DNA from: Takakia lepidozioides
Lineage: Eukaryota; Plantae; Bryophyta
Direction: 5' to 3'
Assembly: GCA_030704615.1 (NCBI GenBank)
Contig: CM060733.1
Coordinates: forward strand, 15,252,001 to 15,316,000
Length of the DNA: 64,000 nucleotides
Position 1 is the first letter of the stretch; each line of letters starts with the position of its first letter. Made by a program: the position numbers and the translations under genes. A model generated the notes under the pieces. It saw nothing but the letters and a program-made list of their open reading frames with translations, searched no databases and was not told the origin of the DNA. This document shows positions 50,135-64,000 of the stretch, piece after piece.

Positions 50135-50635
50135 CGTTGGGTAGATGGTCAACTGGAAACAGCAGCGGCAACGGCACAAATGATAGAACATGGCACTTCT
50201 AATGAAGGCACCTTCTTCAACACATTTCACCCTGTTTTTCCCTCTTGTCAGAGTCGGCCCTAAATTTCCATGTTGAATTATGCAAGTTTTTGGTTGAGTG
50301 AATCTGGTTTGGAGTGACTTTGACATGATACTGCCAATGTGATAACAGGAAAGTATCCAAAAACAGGTAACAGAGAGAAGGTGTGGAATGAATACTTTGT
50401 TGACCCCAGTCAGTGGTGGGACAACCGAGGCAAAAAGTTGAATCCCTGTTAGATGACAGAGAGTAGCAGACACAATTCAGCATAGGAACTAGTGTGATTG
50501 GGTGTTTCCTAGGTTGTCATTGTCAGCTGCTAGTAGCAAGGGAAAGGATGAATGCATGATTTGTGCAGATGCATGGATAGCTGAAGGAGAAGGGATAGAG
50601 TGTGGGTCCAGATTCATCCAACATGGCCAGATTTA
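50135..50635 (+). pseudogene. OSB gene fragment containing the best-preserved PDF first-half exon
   Basis: WVDGQLETAAA... followed by ag|GKYPKTGNREKVWNEYFVDPSQWWDNRGKK (50349-50437), an intron, then IHPTWPD (truncated). Confidence 0.8.
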
Positions 50636-50888
50636 TGTGTTTGTGTGATTGTGAGAGAGAGCGCGGCAGAGACGGGTACATCGAATTTTCAATGAAAATC
50701 ATAATGTTTACCAGATGTCATGAGGATGTCCAATTTCCTTAGCCTACCTAGAACACACACTAAAACGAAAACCTTGGTTGCAGAAAACCTGCGGCTCGGC
50801 CTAAAAGGTTGTTGTAGGGCGATACAGGCAATGGCATTGAATATAGAACCATCCATATACATATGTTGGAGACATAGGTAGCTATTTG

Positions 50889-52957
50889 ACCACCAGTCGG
50901 TAGCTCAGTTGGATAGTGCATTGAGTGCCACCAAGGTGATTCTGGGTTCAAATCCTGCTACCTTGTCGGGTGTGGTATAATCTAGTGTTGGTCGGTTATC
51001 AAGGACCCACCCGGTTAATTACAGGTTATTTGTCGGGTAAGGGTAACTAGTCGGAGGTTATGAGCATAAGAGAGATCCGGGGACCCCGAACACCGCCGGT
51101 ACTATACAGCTCAAATACCCGGTGAAACATCCTGAACCTGTGAACTAATAGCATCTGAAGACAGTTGACGGAAGCGGTTATGGTAGCTGCTATGGTTTCG
51201 AGGCAAATAGTAGTTTTCTTTTGGTGTCCAAGGGTCTATAAGCTTACTCTACATTGAAGTTGAAATGACACTGCATTGAACCTCTGAGTGGTGCGGCTCT
51301 GTGACGGCTACTTGCATTTGAAACTGCACATTGAACTTGAGGGTAGGGTGGCGGCCGCACTATGACGACTACTTGCATTCATGTGGAGATCTGCTATCGC
51401 TTTGCATTGATGCGAATCATCTTTCTTCCTCATGATATATTTGCTCTCTTCTTTCACATTGTCAACACTTCAAATAATTATCTTGTTCATGCACGTTGTG
51501 AGTATGGCTAGTTCAAGTTTAGGTCAAGCTGTACAGGAGGAACGAGTTTCTAATTTGTCTGCTCCACCTACAGCCATGCAGACAGTTATGATGTGCAATC
51601 TCGAGTTCCTGGTGCGAGGACATGGGTTGTGGTTGATGCCGTTGTCAAATCTTTGTCACCGGTAGTCATAAATTGTGTCCTAAAGCAAAGTAGAGGACAT
51701 TGGTTATTATTAGATGCTTTGCAACATAGCCTTGGTTGTTAAATGTCAAAGGGACATTGATGCAAGAATTGTGGAGGACAACTTGGGTATGTCGCAGCTA
51801 AACGAGTTTGATAAGGAGCTCGAAGACTTCAAGATCAACATGCAGAAAGTAAATGATTGGTGCGGACTCATTTTTTGTCATTCATGCACAAATTTGACAA
51901 AAGAAAATGTTATAACATGCTTGCTTTAATGCTCGATCCTCGCTTTAAAGGGCTGGCCCTAGTCAGTGAGTTCGTAGGAAGAGATGCAGCTCTTCGTATT
52001 GTTTAGGAGTATGACCAACAATCTCTTGTACCTCTGCTCACACATTGTCACCGTCGCATTGCTGGGTTCGATGGTCATGAAGAATCACAAATTGATCCAG
52101 CACGCTTCAACAGACTTGACCTTTTCCAAATGTCAGTAACGACATCAGAGACAAACAAAGAGTTTGTGACCAGGGAATTGTCATCATTCCGACGCTTTAC
52201 AGTGGACTTGGAGAGGTGCAAGAAGCCTTTAATGTGGTGGAAGTCCAATGAAGTCACATTTCCTTCTGTGGCTTATTTAGCTCGACAAATTCTAGGCATC
52301 GTTGGCAGCCAGATTGAAACTGAAAGGATCTTTTCTCTTGTAGGTTTACTTACTTCACTACGACGATGCAGACTTCAAACCAAGAACCTGGACAAAATAA
52401 TATTTGTTGCAAGAAACTGGCCAGATGATCCGAGAGAGGGATGCGAGAGATCCACTTTAAAACAATGTCAGGAGATTGAAGAGGATCTTGAAGAGATTTT
52501 GGAAGAAGAATTTGACGAAGAGATTGAGCCAAAGAATACGTGCTCTCAGATCATCTGTGATCACTTCGATCTGCGATCTGCCTGCTTAGAGTACTTCAGT
52601 TGTATCCGATGGTACGCAGGTTATATTTCGGTTATATTTCGGTTATATTCTGGTTATAACAAAGACCCGACTTGAAATATCACCTCAGGTTATTATTTGA
52701 TTATGAACCAGCAAATAACCTGACCCCACATATTACTGAAAATTTCATAACTGTAACATGCAAATAACCTTCGTTCAAGGTGCATATTTTACCTACAACC
52801 GGAGGTTATTACTGTGTGAGTCAGCTTGTATTACCTGAACCTCAGGAGCTTTGAAAAATCTGATAACTGACCAACACTGGTATAATCTTCTCCCCCATCC
52901 TTCCTGATTTGTGAGCGGTCGCTCCCGGGTATTTAATTCCCTTTGGAAAAAAAAAAC
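50889..52957 (+). mobile_element. tRNA-derived SINE split by a hAT element
   Basis: A box TAGCTCAGTTGG and B box GGTTCAAATCC. The body resumes at 52888 and ends ttccctttgg + poly(A). Confidence 0.8.
50983..52879 (+). mobile_element. Internally deleted hAT transposon retaining the C-terminal dimerisation domain
   Basis: TIRs TAGTGTTGGTCGGTTATC / GATAACTGACCAACACTG; TSD GTATAATC. Encodes LMLDPRFK and PLMWWKSNEVTFPSVAYLARQILGIVGSQIETERIFS (52130-52675); upstream stops. Confidence 0.93.
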
Positions 52958-53102
52958 TATTTGAAAATAAATTAGTAGATAGTTAGCCTGTGCTGCTTAT
53001 TACCAACTAAACTCCAATTAGTGAAAGCGACAAGACAGGGCCCACCAAAGTAGCCGTTGCTGACACTTACGAAAATCCATAGCGCAGTTCTGTGCAGAAA
53101 CG

Positions 53103-53105
<3 letters not shown>

Positions 53106-53134
<29 letters not shown>
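53106..53134 (+). repeat. (GA)n microsatellite in the putative 5' UTR of the DEAD-box gene
   Basis: gagagagaga... run of about 14 units. Confidence 0.95.
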
Positions 53135-53137
<3 letters not shown>

Positions 53138-53213
53138 GATGGAACTTTAGATTGAGAGGAAGGAGAAACCTTGCTTTCGAGGAATCTGGAGAGAGCACCA
53201 GAGGTTGTGTGCA

Positions 53214-56200
53214 ATGGACACCTTCGCCAGAGCCGTGCCAGGACAAAAGCAAGACAAGAGGAAGAGGTCCAATGCCGTTTTGGAATCTGTCCCAGAGCTT
53301 GGAGTTTTTCGAACATCCCAGAAGGCAAAGGGGAAGAGCAAGCAAGAGGTATTTAGGGATGTGCTGGTAGACGTGACGAATGTGGGGGCAACGCCGCTAA
53401 GAAGGTCTGCCAGATTAGGGCAGAGGCAGAGAGACGGGGGGATGATGGAGTATGCGGATTTGGATCCTAGAGATGTAAATGGAGGCGTTTCTGTAGGTGG
53501 AACTCCTGCTACGGGATTGATAGGGAAAAGAAGGGGAGGGAAAGAAGAGGAGGGATGGGGCACAACCAGAGGGAGTTTCAATGGGTGGGAGAAGAAAGAT
53601 GGGTCGGGGCCTGTGAAGAGAGGGAAAGTAGGCAAGGATTTGAAGAATGAGAAACTGAAGCGACAATTGAGTGAGGGGATGAAGAAAGAGGAAGAGATGG
53701 AAATGGTTACTAAAGATGCTGTTCAATCACATGCAGCTCCAATGGCTGATAAACATCAGACGCAGTATGGGATAGAACGGGACAACGGAGATGCAATGCT
53801 GCAAAGGGGCTCTGAGGTTGTGAAGCAACTGGCAGGAGAAAAGAGGAGAGGCACTGCGGAGGGGGATCGTCTGGGAGAAGCAGTCGGGTCGAAAATGAAA
53901 AAGGAGGGCGTAAACGAGAAAGGCACCCAAGGGGCTTTGCGCAGTGAAGTGTCAAATAGAAACACAGACGCTCGGAAGAGTTTATGTTTAATGAACGCTA
54001 CCGAGGAAGAGAACAGAGTGAACGGAACGAAGTTGGTAAGGGCAAGGAACACTACAGTCGGGAGTGTCATGGGGGTGAGGAAGAGCAACGTGTCCGGGGG
54101 AGTTTTGAAGAAAGTACGGAAATCTGCAATTGGGTCAGGAACAACGAAATCGAGAGAGAATTCAGGTAAGCATTTGAAGGGTGACAGGCTGACGCTAGAT
54201 GGAAAGAGGATAGGAGATGGACTGAGGGAGAAAGTCACGAAAGATGATGATGAATCATATATTCCTCCTATGGCTTCTAAACGGCCGATGCAGGATGTGA
54301 GAGAGGGAGACAACGGGGGTGCAAGCGAGCAAGGGAGATTGGGGGCTGTGAAGGAACCGGCAGTCCGAAAAAGGAGAGGCATTGGAGAAGGGAATCGTGA
54401 GGAAGAAGCAGCTGAGTTGAAAAAGAAGAAGCAGGAGGTAAAGGACAATGGGTGCCAAGGGGCATCGCGTCAGGTCTCACATGGAGACATTGAATCTGGG
54501 AAGAGTTTGGGATTGATCCTCGCTACAGATACGAAGCGAGCAGATGCAAGTAAGGTGGAGAGGGGGAGGACAGTTGCAAGGAGGTCAGCAACGAGCGGAA
54601 GCCTGGTAGTGCCCGAGACAAGTGGGACAAAAAGGAGCCTACTAGGAGCAAGGCTATCTCGGCGTGCAACCAACATTAGTACTTTGAAACCAAAGACCTT
54701 TATTAGTGACAAGGACAGTCCATCAGGTTCTCTCCTGGGGGCTGATGGGAGCCCAACAGGACGAGTTGATGGAGAGACAGGCCGGGTAAGTGTGTCAGGC
54801 CAGGGAAGCGAAGATCCCGACTTCCGCGCTATCGAATCCTTCGAGGAAGCAGAGATGCCCATCAAGCTGTTGGACGTGTGTAAAAAGCTTGGGAGGCCGA
54901 TGCCCCTGCAGGCTCATGCCTGGCCCTTTCTGTTGGCGGGGCGTGATGTCATTGGTATCGCTGAATCTGGCTCTGGTACGTGAGCAAACTGAAATCTCTT
55001 GTGCTATTTGCCAGCTTCTTGTAAGAAATGGGGATCCGTGATAACGGCAAGCAAATTGGGGACCGACAGTGGCTTATTCACTTGTCAACATGTAATTTTA
55101 CATACTTTTCTATGGTACGCAGGGCAAACATTGGCCTATGCAGTGCCCGCACTGGTGCATGCGCTGAAAAAGAAGAAGAGCTACGTGCGCAAGCGACCGG
55201 CGCCTCTATGCCTTGTGCTTTCTCCATCTCGAGAGCTTGTCCAGCAGGTGAAAACAACCTTCCCACCTTCCTTTAACTCATCTTTTGACGGAGGTGCAGT
55301 TCTTCATCCAGGACCACATTTTGCATGTTGAGATTTGATGAGTTGAAGTGTAATGTATTCTTGAGTACAGGTCACAAATACTTTGGAAGAAATCGGTAGC
55401 TCTTCTCGAGTGAAAATTGCATCTCTGAATGGAGACTCCTTGGGAGAAAGTACTCTCAAGCCTGGTGTGGTAGGTGTGCCTCACCTCAGATGGTTCTTCA
55501 GTTTTTGAGGGTGGTCATGTTTTCAGTCTGACTAGTGTGTAGGTATTGCCATTTTAAAAATTTGTTAAAATTCAACCATTCCTGTTGATCCGTCTTCCCC
55601 CTCCCCCTCCCGTTTCTCCAAAAAACAAGAGAAAAAACAAGAATGTTTTAACTGAAAAGAAAACATGCAGTGTGTGCCTTTCTTGCTGAAATGGCAAATG
55701 GATTTTCAGCAGGCATGATTTTATGAGGGGCTATATTGATGTTGGTGCAACTTGGTGTAGGCTGTTGTTGTTGCGACACCGGATAGCTTGCAGAAGACGC
55801 TCGAAGATGGCAGTTGCTCTCTCGCGCTCGTCTCCTTTCTTGTAAGTTTGCAATGATTGATGGTAATGTGCCAAGCAATTGGATGAGCTTTAATTAACCT
55901 TAATTACAAGTGGTGGACCACCTTATCATCTGATTTGGGGGTTAAGAGCAGTATCTTACTCATTTCAAACGACACCTTCTTCTCTCTGCTTATGGCAGCT
56001 TCCAAATCCAGTGTCTTACTGCAATGGTCTTGCAGGTGTTGCATGATGCTGACTGCATGTTCGACATGGGGTTTGAGCCAGCCATGCGAGATATCCTTGA
56101 CCAATCACCTACAAGTGAGTTGTTTCTGTCTGTCAGTGTCAGTGTCACTCTTCTCACTCAAATTTCCTTAACTGTGAAAGACGCATGTTTTCTGTAGGAG

Positions 56201-59051
56201 GTGCTATTTATGTTGTTTTACTGAAACGTGTTGAGTGCGGATACAGTATAGCAATTCCAAATCTCCTCATCAGTCTATTTACACAAGGATTCATGGACCA
56301 AGTCTGTGACAAACTGCATTTCAGTTGTTGTCTTGCATTTCCAGATAGGCTGAGTTTTCGTCAACTTTGTGGGGTTATCCAGGCAGGCAGACAGTAGTGA
56401 TGACTGCAAGTTGGTTACCTGAACTTGAGCAGCTGGTCAAAGACTTCACGAGTGACTTTGACCCTGTGAAGGTTTGTTACTTTCATGTACTCATGTTTGT
56501 CTGCATCTGGGTTTGTTGAAAGTATATCACCAGGTGATTGTTTCTGGTTAATGACCTTGTTTGAGTGTGACTGAGATGCATTGCTCCAAATCTGTCTCTA
56601 GTATGATAGTTGGCAGGTTATAGTTGCTTCTGGGGACACGAAGATATGAACAGAATTTTGCTTGGAACTGTCTGCCGAAGTCCTCCCCATGCTTGTTTCA
56701 CTGAGTTTGATGTGTTTGGACTCGTGCAGATTGTAGTTGAGGAGTCCAGAGGGTCACAGACATTAAGAGATGAACAGGAGGTCGCTCAAATTGTAGAGGT
56801 ATGATTTTCTGGCTTGAGGTGGCTGTGGAACAATGTTGCGTAGTGAGAAATACGGGGTGTGCCAGAGAGCATTAAAACAAGAGAAGGAGAAATAAATTCT
56901 TTCCTATCCATGGTAGAGCTCTGTTAACAACAAATTTTTTGGACTGAAGGTGTTAGAGGATACTAACCGAGACACCCGGCTGACTTCACTTCTCCGGGCA
57001 TTTCAAAAGGTTCAAAGGCAAGTACTTTCACATGCCTTACATGATCAATGTGTATGTTATTTCTACTGAGTATGATCTCCAATTCTGTACTGTGTCGGAT
57101 GCTGGGTGGTCTGTCTGCACACCTCCTAGGCTCACCATAAAAGGTAATATTATTGCAATGGAAGCTAACGGCCAGATCTAACGAGGAAACGATGAAACAG
57201 CTATGGACTAGGCAATGATTTTCTATGTGGAACTGAGATCCTCTGAATACTTTAAAAGCATCTGTTTATGTTAGTATATTATAGTGGTCATTGCCCGCAA
57301 CTAGATAGTAGATCAACATGTTTATTTGAGCTTGAGGGTTAAACCATGGTGTAGGAGTCAGACTTGTTCCATTCTCATGAGTTCAGCTGGAGTTGGTCTG
57401 GGTCTGCAGGAATCGTGTGTTGGTGTTTGTACTTTACAAAGAAGAAGCTGTGCACGTTGAAAGCCTTCTTCAACAGAGGTATGGGTTCTGTGCTGCTCGG
57501 GCCCCCTAGAAGCATGTTTTAGATTAATAATGTATACTTATGCAAGATCTCCTTTTTCCTGTGAATGCAGAGGGTGGAAAGTTGCAACAGTGCATGGTGG
57601 GAAATTTGAGACTGAGCGCAATGATGCAGTCCTCTCCTTTAAGGATGGCACACGCTCTGTCATGGTACCAGATGAAAATCCTTCCGACTTCATTCAACTA
57701 AGAATATTACTGGAACAGGATGGACACATACAATAATCATAACATAACCAAATTGTGCAGCAATATTGTCAGAGAGCAGGAAATAAATAGCAAAGGGACA
57801 GAAAGAGAAAGAAATGAAATCGAATGAAAGTTTAGAAAGAAAGAACCTTCATACGTCTGCAGGAAGGTCAAAGAGATTATGGGACAAAAACATGCAGGCA
57901 ACAAAAAAGGCAGTGGGGCCCTAAACATGCCCACAGAGAGTGAAATGAAATGAGATGGTACGTTATAACGGGGAGCTCAAAGAGCAGAAGCAACTAGAAC
58001 TGAAATGAAATGGTGTTTATAACATCCGTGAGAATCTCAAAGAGCTTAAGGGTCAAGAGGAAGAAAGAAACAAGAGAGAGGAGCCACAAACAGACAAAGA
58101 AACTAAAGCTCAAGGGATTGTCTAAGAGCCAACGCATCATGGAGGGGAAAGAAATGAAATGTGTGGAGAGATCAAAGAACTTGGGGACCAAGATAGCAAG
58201 AAACAATGAAACTAAGAAATATATTGTGTCTATGGAGGGGCTGCCCAAAGGGCCCAAGAGAAAGACAAGACATTTACCGTCCACCGGAAGGGGGAGAGAA
58301 GATTTTTGTAATTCCAAGAGCAAATGAAATGAGATGAAATGATACTTAATAAGGTCCCCGGAAAACTCAAAGAACTGAAGTGAAAATAGAAAGAAAGAAA
58401 TATCAGAACAGCTCCAAGAACTCGGCTGTGTTGCAGGTTGCTACGGATGTGGCCGTGCGAGGCCTCACAATACCCAATGTGGATTATGTAATCAACTACA
58501 GCTTTCCATACACCACTGAGGATTATGCCCTCCGAGTAGCTCAAACTGGCACAAGGAGGAGAAAAGGCATTGTGCACACTTTTTTCACTCCAGCTAATCA
58601 GGTGGGTTGGTTGGATGTGTTGCTTGAGATTGTTTGCCCCTCTAATACTTGTCATAATCCCCTAACAAGTATTAATTTTCCTCAGGTCAAAGTTGTAGAT
58701 CATCACTGCTTAATCGGAAGGGATCTGGCAAGAAATTGGCAGTGCAGATGGCCATGAGCTATATCACACCCAGTGTACCAATTATAAGCTTCTAGGCGTA
58801 GAAGCATTGGCACAGGCAGTTATACATGTAAGGTTGTGAAGTGACTGTGGAGAAGGTCACAAGTCACAACTCTGATAATCGTGTAAGACAAAGGGAATGA
58901 CATGGTTGGGCAGGCACATGCAGAGGAGCTGGTGAAGGTGTTGAGAGATGCAGGCCAGACGGTACCGGAAGAGCTCGTTGAGCTGACTCATACTTTTGCA
59001 AAGAAAAAAATCTGTGACTCGTCCAGGAACTGTATACTCGGTACACTATAA
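53214..59051 (+). CDS. RH5/DBP3-like DEAD-box-fold protein with long basic N-terminus and degenerate catalytic motifs (12 exons)
   Basis: Exons 53214-54975, 55123-55247, 55371-55469, 55761-55841, 56036-56114, 56383-56471, 56730-56798, 56950-57017 (GC donor), 57410-57478, 57571-57664, 58437-58601, 58914-59051 splice without a stop. RH5-type features: RVLVFVLYKEEA..VE..LQ.RGWKV..VHG, VINYSFP.TTEDY. Confidence 0.88.
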
Positions 59052-60617
59052 AAGAGGCCCACCATACAGTGCCTCGCTGTGTTGACTCTTCCGAGTTGAG
59101 TTATGGTCATTTCATTGTAACATATCCCTATCCACACATCTGAGAAACTCCGGCACGAGCGGTACATCTTGACTCAGGAAATTGGGCTATGGCTCACAAA
59201 CTTGAGGACAGCCCCTGTCGGACATCATTCTTCAAAGATCCGGGGTGTGTGGTTTTCATCCGGGTTATACAACAGGGAATGAAACTCAGCCTGTAGTGGC
59301 CATAGTGTTTTTTGACCGGCAGGAAAATTCCAACCTGAAGAGTTACTATTTGCCTCCTTTTTGCCTGCCGGGGCATTGTTAGAGACCTCAATCGGTACTT
59401 TGTGACGAGGGGCGATGAGGGAAAGACGGAGAATGAAGACAAACCTGGTCAGAGATGTCGATCGATGGTGTCTGGGCACTGCCAACAGTATGCCTGTTAC
59501 CCTGGCGCTGGTCAGTGTAGTGTATGGATAATTCTTATCAGTGGAACTATGTGGCTTTCGCTTCATTTGCATGCTTTGGACTGGTTCCAATTACGTAGGT
59601 GCTTGCCGATGTGCTTCTCTATCTTCCTGAAGAGCATGATGAGGGTGAGGGAGGGAAGGAAACTCCAAAGAACTCGAGGGACAAAAAAGAAGAGTAGCGA
59701 AGAAGAGTAGGGAAGTATATTCTCCTCAAACTCCACCTAAGTTACAACATTGATTACGATCTCTACTTCCCCTGGATGCCAGTCTTCTTCCAATTATGTG
59801 AAGCAACCTGATGGGTCCATGATCGAAGTCGACCTGTATTATAACATATCCGATCGGGAAGGGACACAGCTGGTCGCAACTAAAATAAGGCTAAGTTTTG
59901 GAGAACGTGGTTAGCGTCTACAGTTCTCTCCTTTGATGGTCCTCAAACACATATTGCAACGAGACTCGAGATAAAACGGCACTGACATTCATTGTGTTGC
60001 CAGAATTTGCCATATCTGGAATCCTATCTGGAGAGATTGTTGAGCTGTATAGATTGTCATTTCGTATTGATCTTTCAGTTGTTTTCATAAAGAAGTATGA
60101 CGAGGGGAGCTTCGCACTAAAAAAGGTCAGCAGCCATGGATTACCCCTGCCCAGTGGGCTGGTTATAGATACAAAAAGACTCGAGAGAGAGGGAAGCATC
60201 ATCATGAAGTTTTCATTCAACCTTTTCAAGAAAAATGTGACAACACAAAGTGTCTTCATCAGTCGAAGTCGAGATACGATCAAGAGGTCACAGTTAAACC
60301 GACGCAGTACGAGTTTGTAGGGGAGACTCAAAAATCCGTCGTGTATTGACAGACAATTTGAGCTCAGCAAACACTGATTTAATGTACATGGAAGGAATCG
60401 GAGGAAAACATATCGGGCAAAAGCCTGCACCTGGGATTAGCAGAATTCATGATCTTCCTGGTACTCCATGACTCCATGATCTGGTGGTGGCTCCTGGCAG
60501 GCTTGTCGCGGAGGAGCCCCAAAGGATGCATGGGACTCCAACATCTTCAGATTCCCAAGGCCCTTCGGATGGCACACTCACAAATTTGGGTTTCTGACTT
60601 AGAAATTACCCTGCAAG

Positions 60618-62617
60618 CTAAAGAGCAATCAGCTGCTTTATGTTCATGGGGTAGACATCATGGACATCTCCTTCATAGGCTCTGCGGCCCAATATGACAT
60701 TGGTAGCATCGGTGGGGTGGTAAGGATCCCAGAACACGTACTCCTGTCGGTTAGAACAATGGCTTACGCCGGGAAGACAAGCGATCAGGCCCCTGTAAGG
60801 TCCTACCGAACCACAGCACCCTTGGTCTTTGACCTTGAAGCCTGCACACCCGAATACCTTGATTAGGTACTATTATGTATCAGATTAGCCATACTGACAT
60901 TCCAACTATCGATCAAGGATGATATAGATCGTGTAAAGCTCCAGTTGAGATTAATCCCCGAACTGACTTCTAAATAGATCTGTCACCAGTTGACAAACCA
61001 TGTATCTACGTAACAGCACGCGCATGGTACAAGTGAATGTAGTGGAAACCAACCAAAGGTAGCGTAGTTACTGATGATGTCGGTCACGATATCATAAGCG
61101 TTGATGTAAACAAATTTCGCACCAGAAAGGTTGGCATTCAGTTCATCCACAAGCCCTCTCACTCTAACGTTAAAACTTTGGATGTCCTGATTCACTTGCT
61201 CATCGCACTCCCCATTGACTCGGAACCTGCTGGAGAGCTCGTAGGGAACACAGCCCAAGGGGCCCAGGGAAGCTATTGCGAATTTGCGAGCTCCCAGGTC
61301 ATATAATCTCTGCAGAAGCCATTTCAGTAGTGTTCAGACTACAAAAGTTCTTTGCCAGCAAATTCTTTACTAGTTACAGTTCTTCAAAGTCTTTTGCAGC
61401 GTGCAATTTGCAGATCCAAAAGATTCTGGCAGGTAAGGAGTGCCTCTAGAGATTCGCACTTTAAGTTGTGGACGGTAGGTTGTGATGAGTAGCTCATTGA
61501 GTTGTGGGACTGTCATGTTGCCAAGGGGTGACATCGGTTCATAGTAGTTGCTCAAAAAGTCATTGGCTCCCATGTTGACTGAGAATAAAGACCGGGATAT
61601 TAACTGAGATGCTGCCGGTTCGCGAAGAAGCTGAGTAATTTGTGCCCTGGTGTTGGTGAAGTACTCCAACTGTTTGTTCATAGATAAGCGCCCGATCTGT
61701 ACAAAGTCCAATGCTCAAGTGGGTTAAACTTGCAGGTCAAACAAATGTATGAATTGGGCTCATTGAAGAGAACAGTAGATTGGCTAACAGCAAGGACAAC
61801 GCCTGTATTTCAAAGGCGTGTGAAATATGTACAAATCGTTCTTTTTGCATACTGAACATTAAGAGGCTATCAGAAACGATTAGTTCGGGGTCAGTGGACT
61901 GCACAGTCACTCACCAAGCTGTAGCCGGAGGAGTCCAGGATGCCACCAGCTCCCGATGCGTAATTGACTCCGGAGAGTATGACCTGCCCTGTAGTATTAG
62001 GTGCCAAATATGGTGGTATGAAATTCGCAAGACCGAGTTGTTGCCCTGCAGGAGAGAAGAGTTTGAGGCCTCGGATCAGCTTCTGCAATATGTACAACTC
62101 AACTACAGGCTCAGGTGCTGGAGGAACTTTTGTTAACTTTTGTTAACACAAACATGATCTAGAAATGTGATGTCGGTCCAACAATACATATCATGTCAAG
62201 AGAACAATCTCAAAAACCACATGAAAGCACTCGAGGCTCCCAGATCACATACGCCAGCAGCATCTATTGGGTACGTCAGCTTCGGGGTTGCAAGGACTTT
62301 CCATGTGCAATTCTATATGTGTATGTATAATCTATGGTTTGCATTGGGATGGAAGGAGCAAGAGCCTTACCAAGAATATCAATAAACGTTCGTCCATTGG
62401 TGTAGCGTCCAGTCGGGCCGAAAGGAAAGTCAATCCCATTCGCAAGGAAATTGGATCGTGACAGTGTGGTGATGTAGTTATTATTGCCGCAGTCTGAGAG
62501 CGAGTCTCCGAATATAAAGATAGGCAGCGACGGGGTTGCCAGCACAGTCGAGCAGAGGAGCAGACAACCAAGGAGAAAATAAACCCCCATCACGCACCCG
62601 CAGTTTCTGGCCTCCAT
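60618..62617 (-). CDS. GDSL esterase/lipase (5 exons, signal peptide)
   Basis: IFIFGDSLSDCGNNNY; GRYTNGRT; GVNYASGAGGIL; MGANDF; GPLGCVP; last exon GCCG...YVFWDPYHPT...YPMNIKQLIAL*. Confidence 0.95.
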
Positions 62618-64000
62618 CCGCCTCCCAGTAAAGAATCGAAGTATAAGTGTGATTCTGTATAAGAGCGAATGGCTGATGTATCAGTAATAGATGCCAAGCC
62701 AGAACTTTGGGTCCTGTAAATCTGTGTAGACCTGCATTGCATTCTATTCGTAGTCGATGCTAGCATTTATACGAGTTTTTTAAATTATTACCAGCTAGGC
62801 AGTTCAAGGTTGCAGACATGAAAACTAGAAATTTGGCCCGCGACATTGCTAACTAAAGTGTGATCAGGTTCTGATGTAAGCTGAGGGCCATGAAGCAATA
62901 TGGCTTTGCGAGCCGGCTTAATTGCTTTCCGAGCTACTCGTCCTCTTGTCATCTCTGTAGGACGCACTTGTACTAACTCCACTCGAAAGTCTTCATCTAG
63001 CAAGATCAGTATGTATCAACCTTTGCACAGCTGGTGACGGGAGCTAGCTAGATGTCTCCCAGGTGTGTTATGCTGTGGAAGTATCAGTACTGCTGATCGA
63101 TGAAGGGGAGATCCAGATACTGAAGTCATATTGAGAATGTGGATTTGACATTCGTCGTCTTGTCAATCGCTCAGTGCGCCTACGTCCTAATTGTCCAGTA
63201 GGTCCAACAGCAGGCAGATCTGTTGAACTCAATATTAGAGCAGGCCTCGCCAGTATTGTCTAGTGTGAATAGCATTTTTTCCGGAAAGTTATAATGTCAG
63301 AGGAGGAAACATACCTGGGTCTATGTTTGTAGCCAGAGTTGCCAACACCTCCGATGCAAGAAGCACTTGATAGTTATCAGGAACATGAAGGCATCCAGAA
63401 TGCAAGCCTGCGAATCTACACTAAAAAAGGTGGTAGGAAATACTTCAGGAGCAGAATTGTCTGGAAGGCGCATATGCTTGAACCTCGCGACTTAGACAGC
63501 CTGAGCAAGGATGTGACTAATAAGCAGCTGGAAGAAAGAACAAGGAGGCCTCTCAAGTGGATTGAATGAGGCGAAGCTGCGTCGATTGAGGAACCGTGGC
63601 ATTTAAGAACAAGAAAGACGTTACGAGTTACTACTAACTTTAGAGGGAAACCTTCAGACATTAAGGGATTGGATTTTACAGGGCTCTTCTTGATTGTGGG
63701 GGAGCTCAAAGAGTTGCTTTGGAATCCTAAACCATGAATGTTTCGAGACAGAGTTATGCTTGTAAACAAGAGGAAGAGTTCATGGGTGTGGCTCTGAAGT
63801 CATCATTCCTCTAATGTCCCGATTCCCTTTCCATTAAAACCCTATCAAAGCTGGAGACTCGAAGATCCGGCCACTGCCATGTCGATCCACCTAGCACCCA
63901 CATCCAACCGTCGCAAGTTACACAGCTGCAGCAGCAAATGCTTGTAATGGCTGCCACGACATTCTATTTGCGAACCCCTCTGGACGTGGGTGTTCATGAC

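Noticed and set aside
50820-50850. Possible Helitron 5' end (TCTATATT on the minus strand) pairing with the 3' end at 43195
   Set aside because: Preceded by T rather than the expected A, and there is no second copy to confirm it.
53147-54865. Several minus-strand ORFs (162, 230, 131 aa)
   Set aside because: Shadows of the purine-rich first exon of the DEAD-box gene.

Overview
Eukaryotic nuclear DNA from a land plant. Spliceosomal introns, PLS-PPR/DYW, oleosin and GDSL genes are present; a non-seed lineage is plausible but not provable here. Four apparently intact host genes: oleosin (17575-19228 +), ornithine cyclodeaminase/mu-crystallin SARD4-like (21680-23312 +), a 12-exon RH5/DBP3-like DEAD-box protein with its core ATPase motifs altered (53214-59051 +), and a GDSL lipase (60618-62617 -). 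There is also a divergent spliced SET/post-SET gene (34996-37013 +) with a decayed convergent paralog. The rest is transposon-rich: LTR retrotransposon pieces, several hAT-type MITE families with 8-bp TSDs, a tRNA-derived SINE, Helitron 3' ends and CACTA elements. The most notable signals are (1) a 5.5-kb Pack-CACTA (44173-49640, TSD CCG) and related remnants that repeatedly join PPR repeats to exons of an organellar ssDNA-binding (OSB, PDF-motif) gene; (2) the likely catalytically dead DEAD-box pseudo-helicase; (3) an LTR rearranged into a perfect 129-bp fold-back at a 7-bp microhomology. Gene models were read by eye without tools, so some boundaries are approximate.
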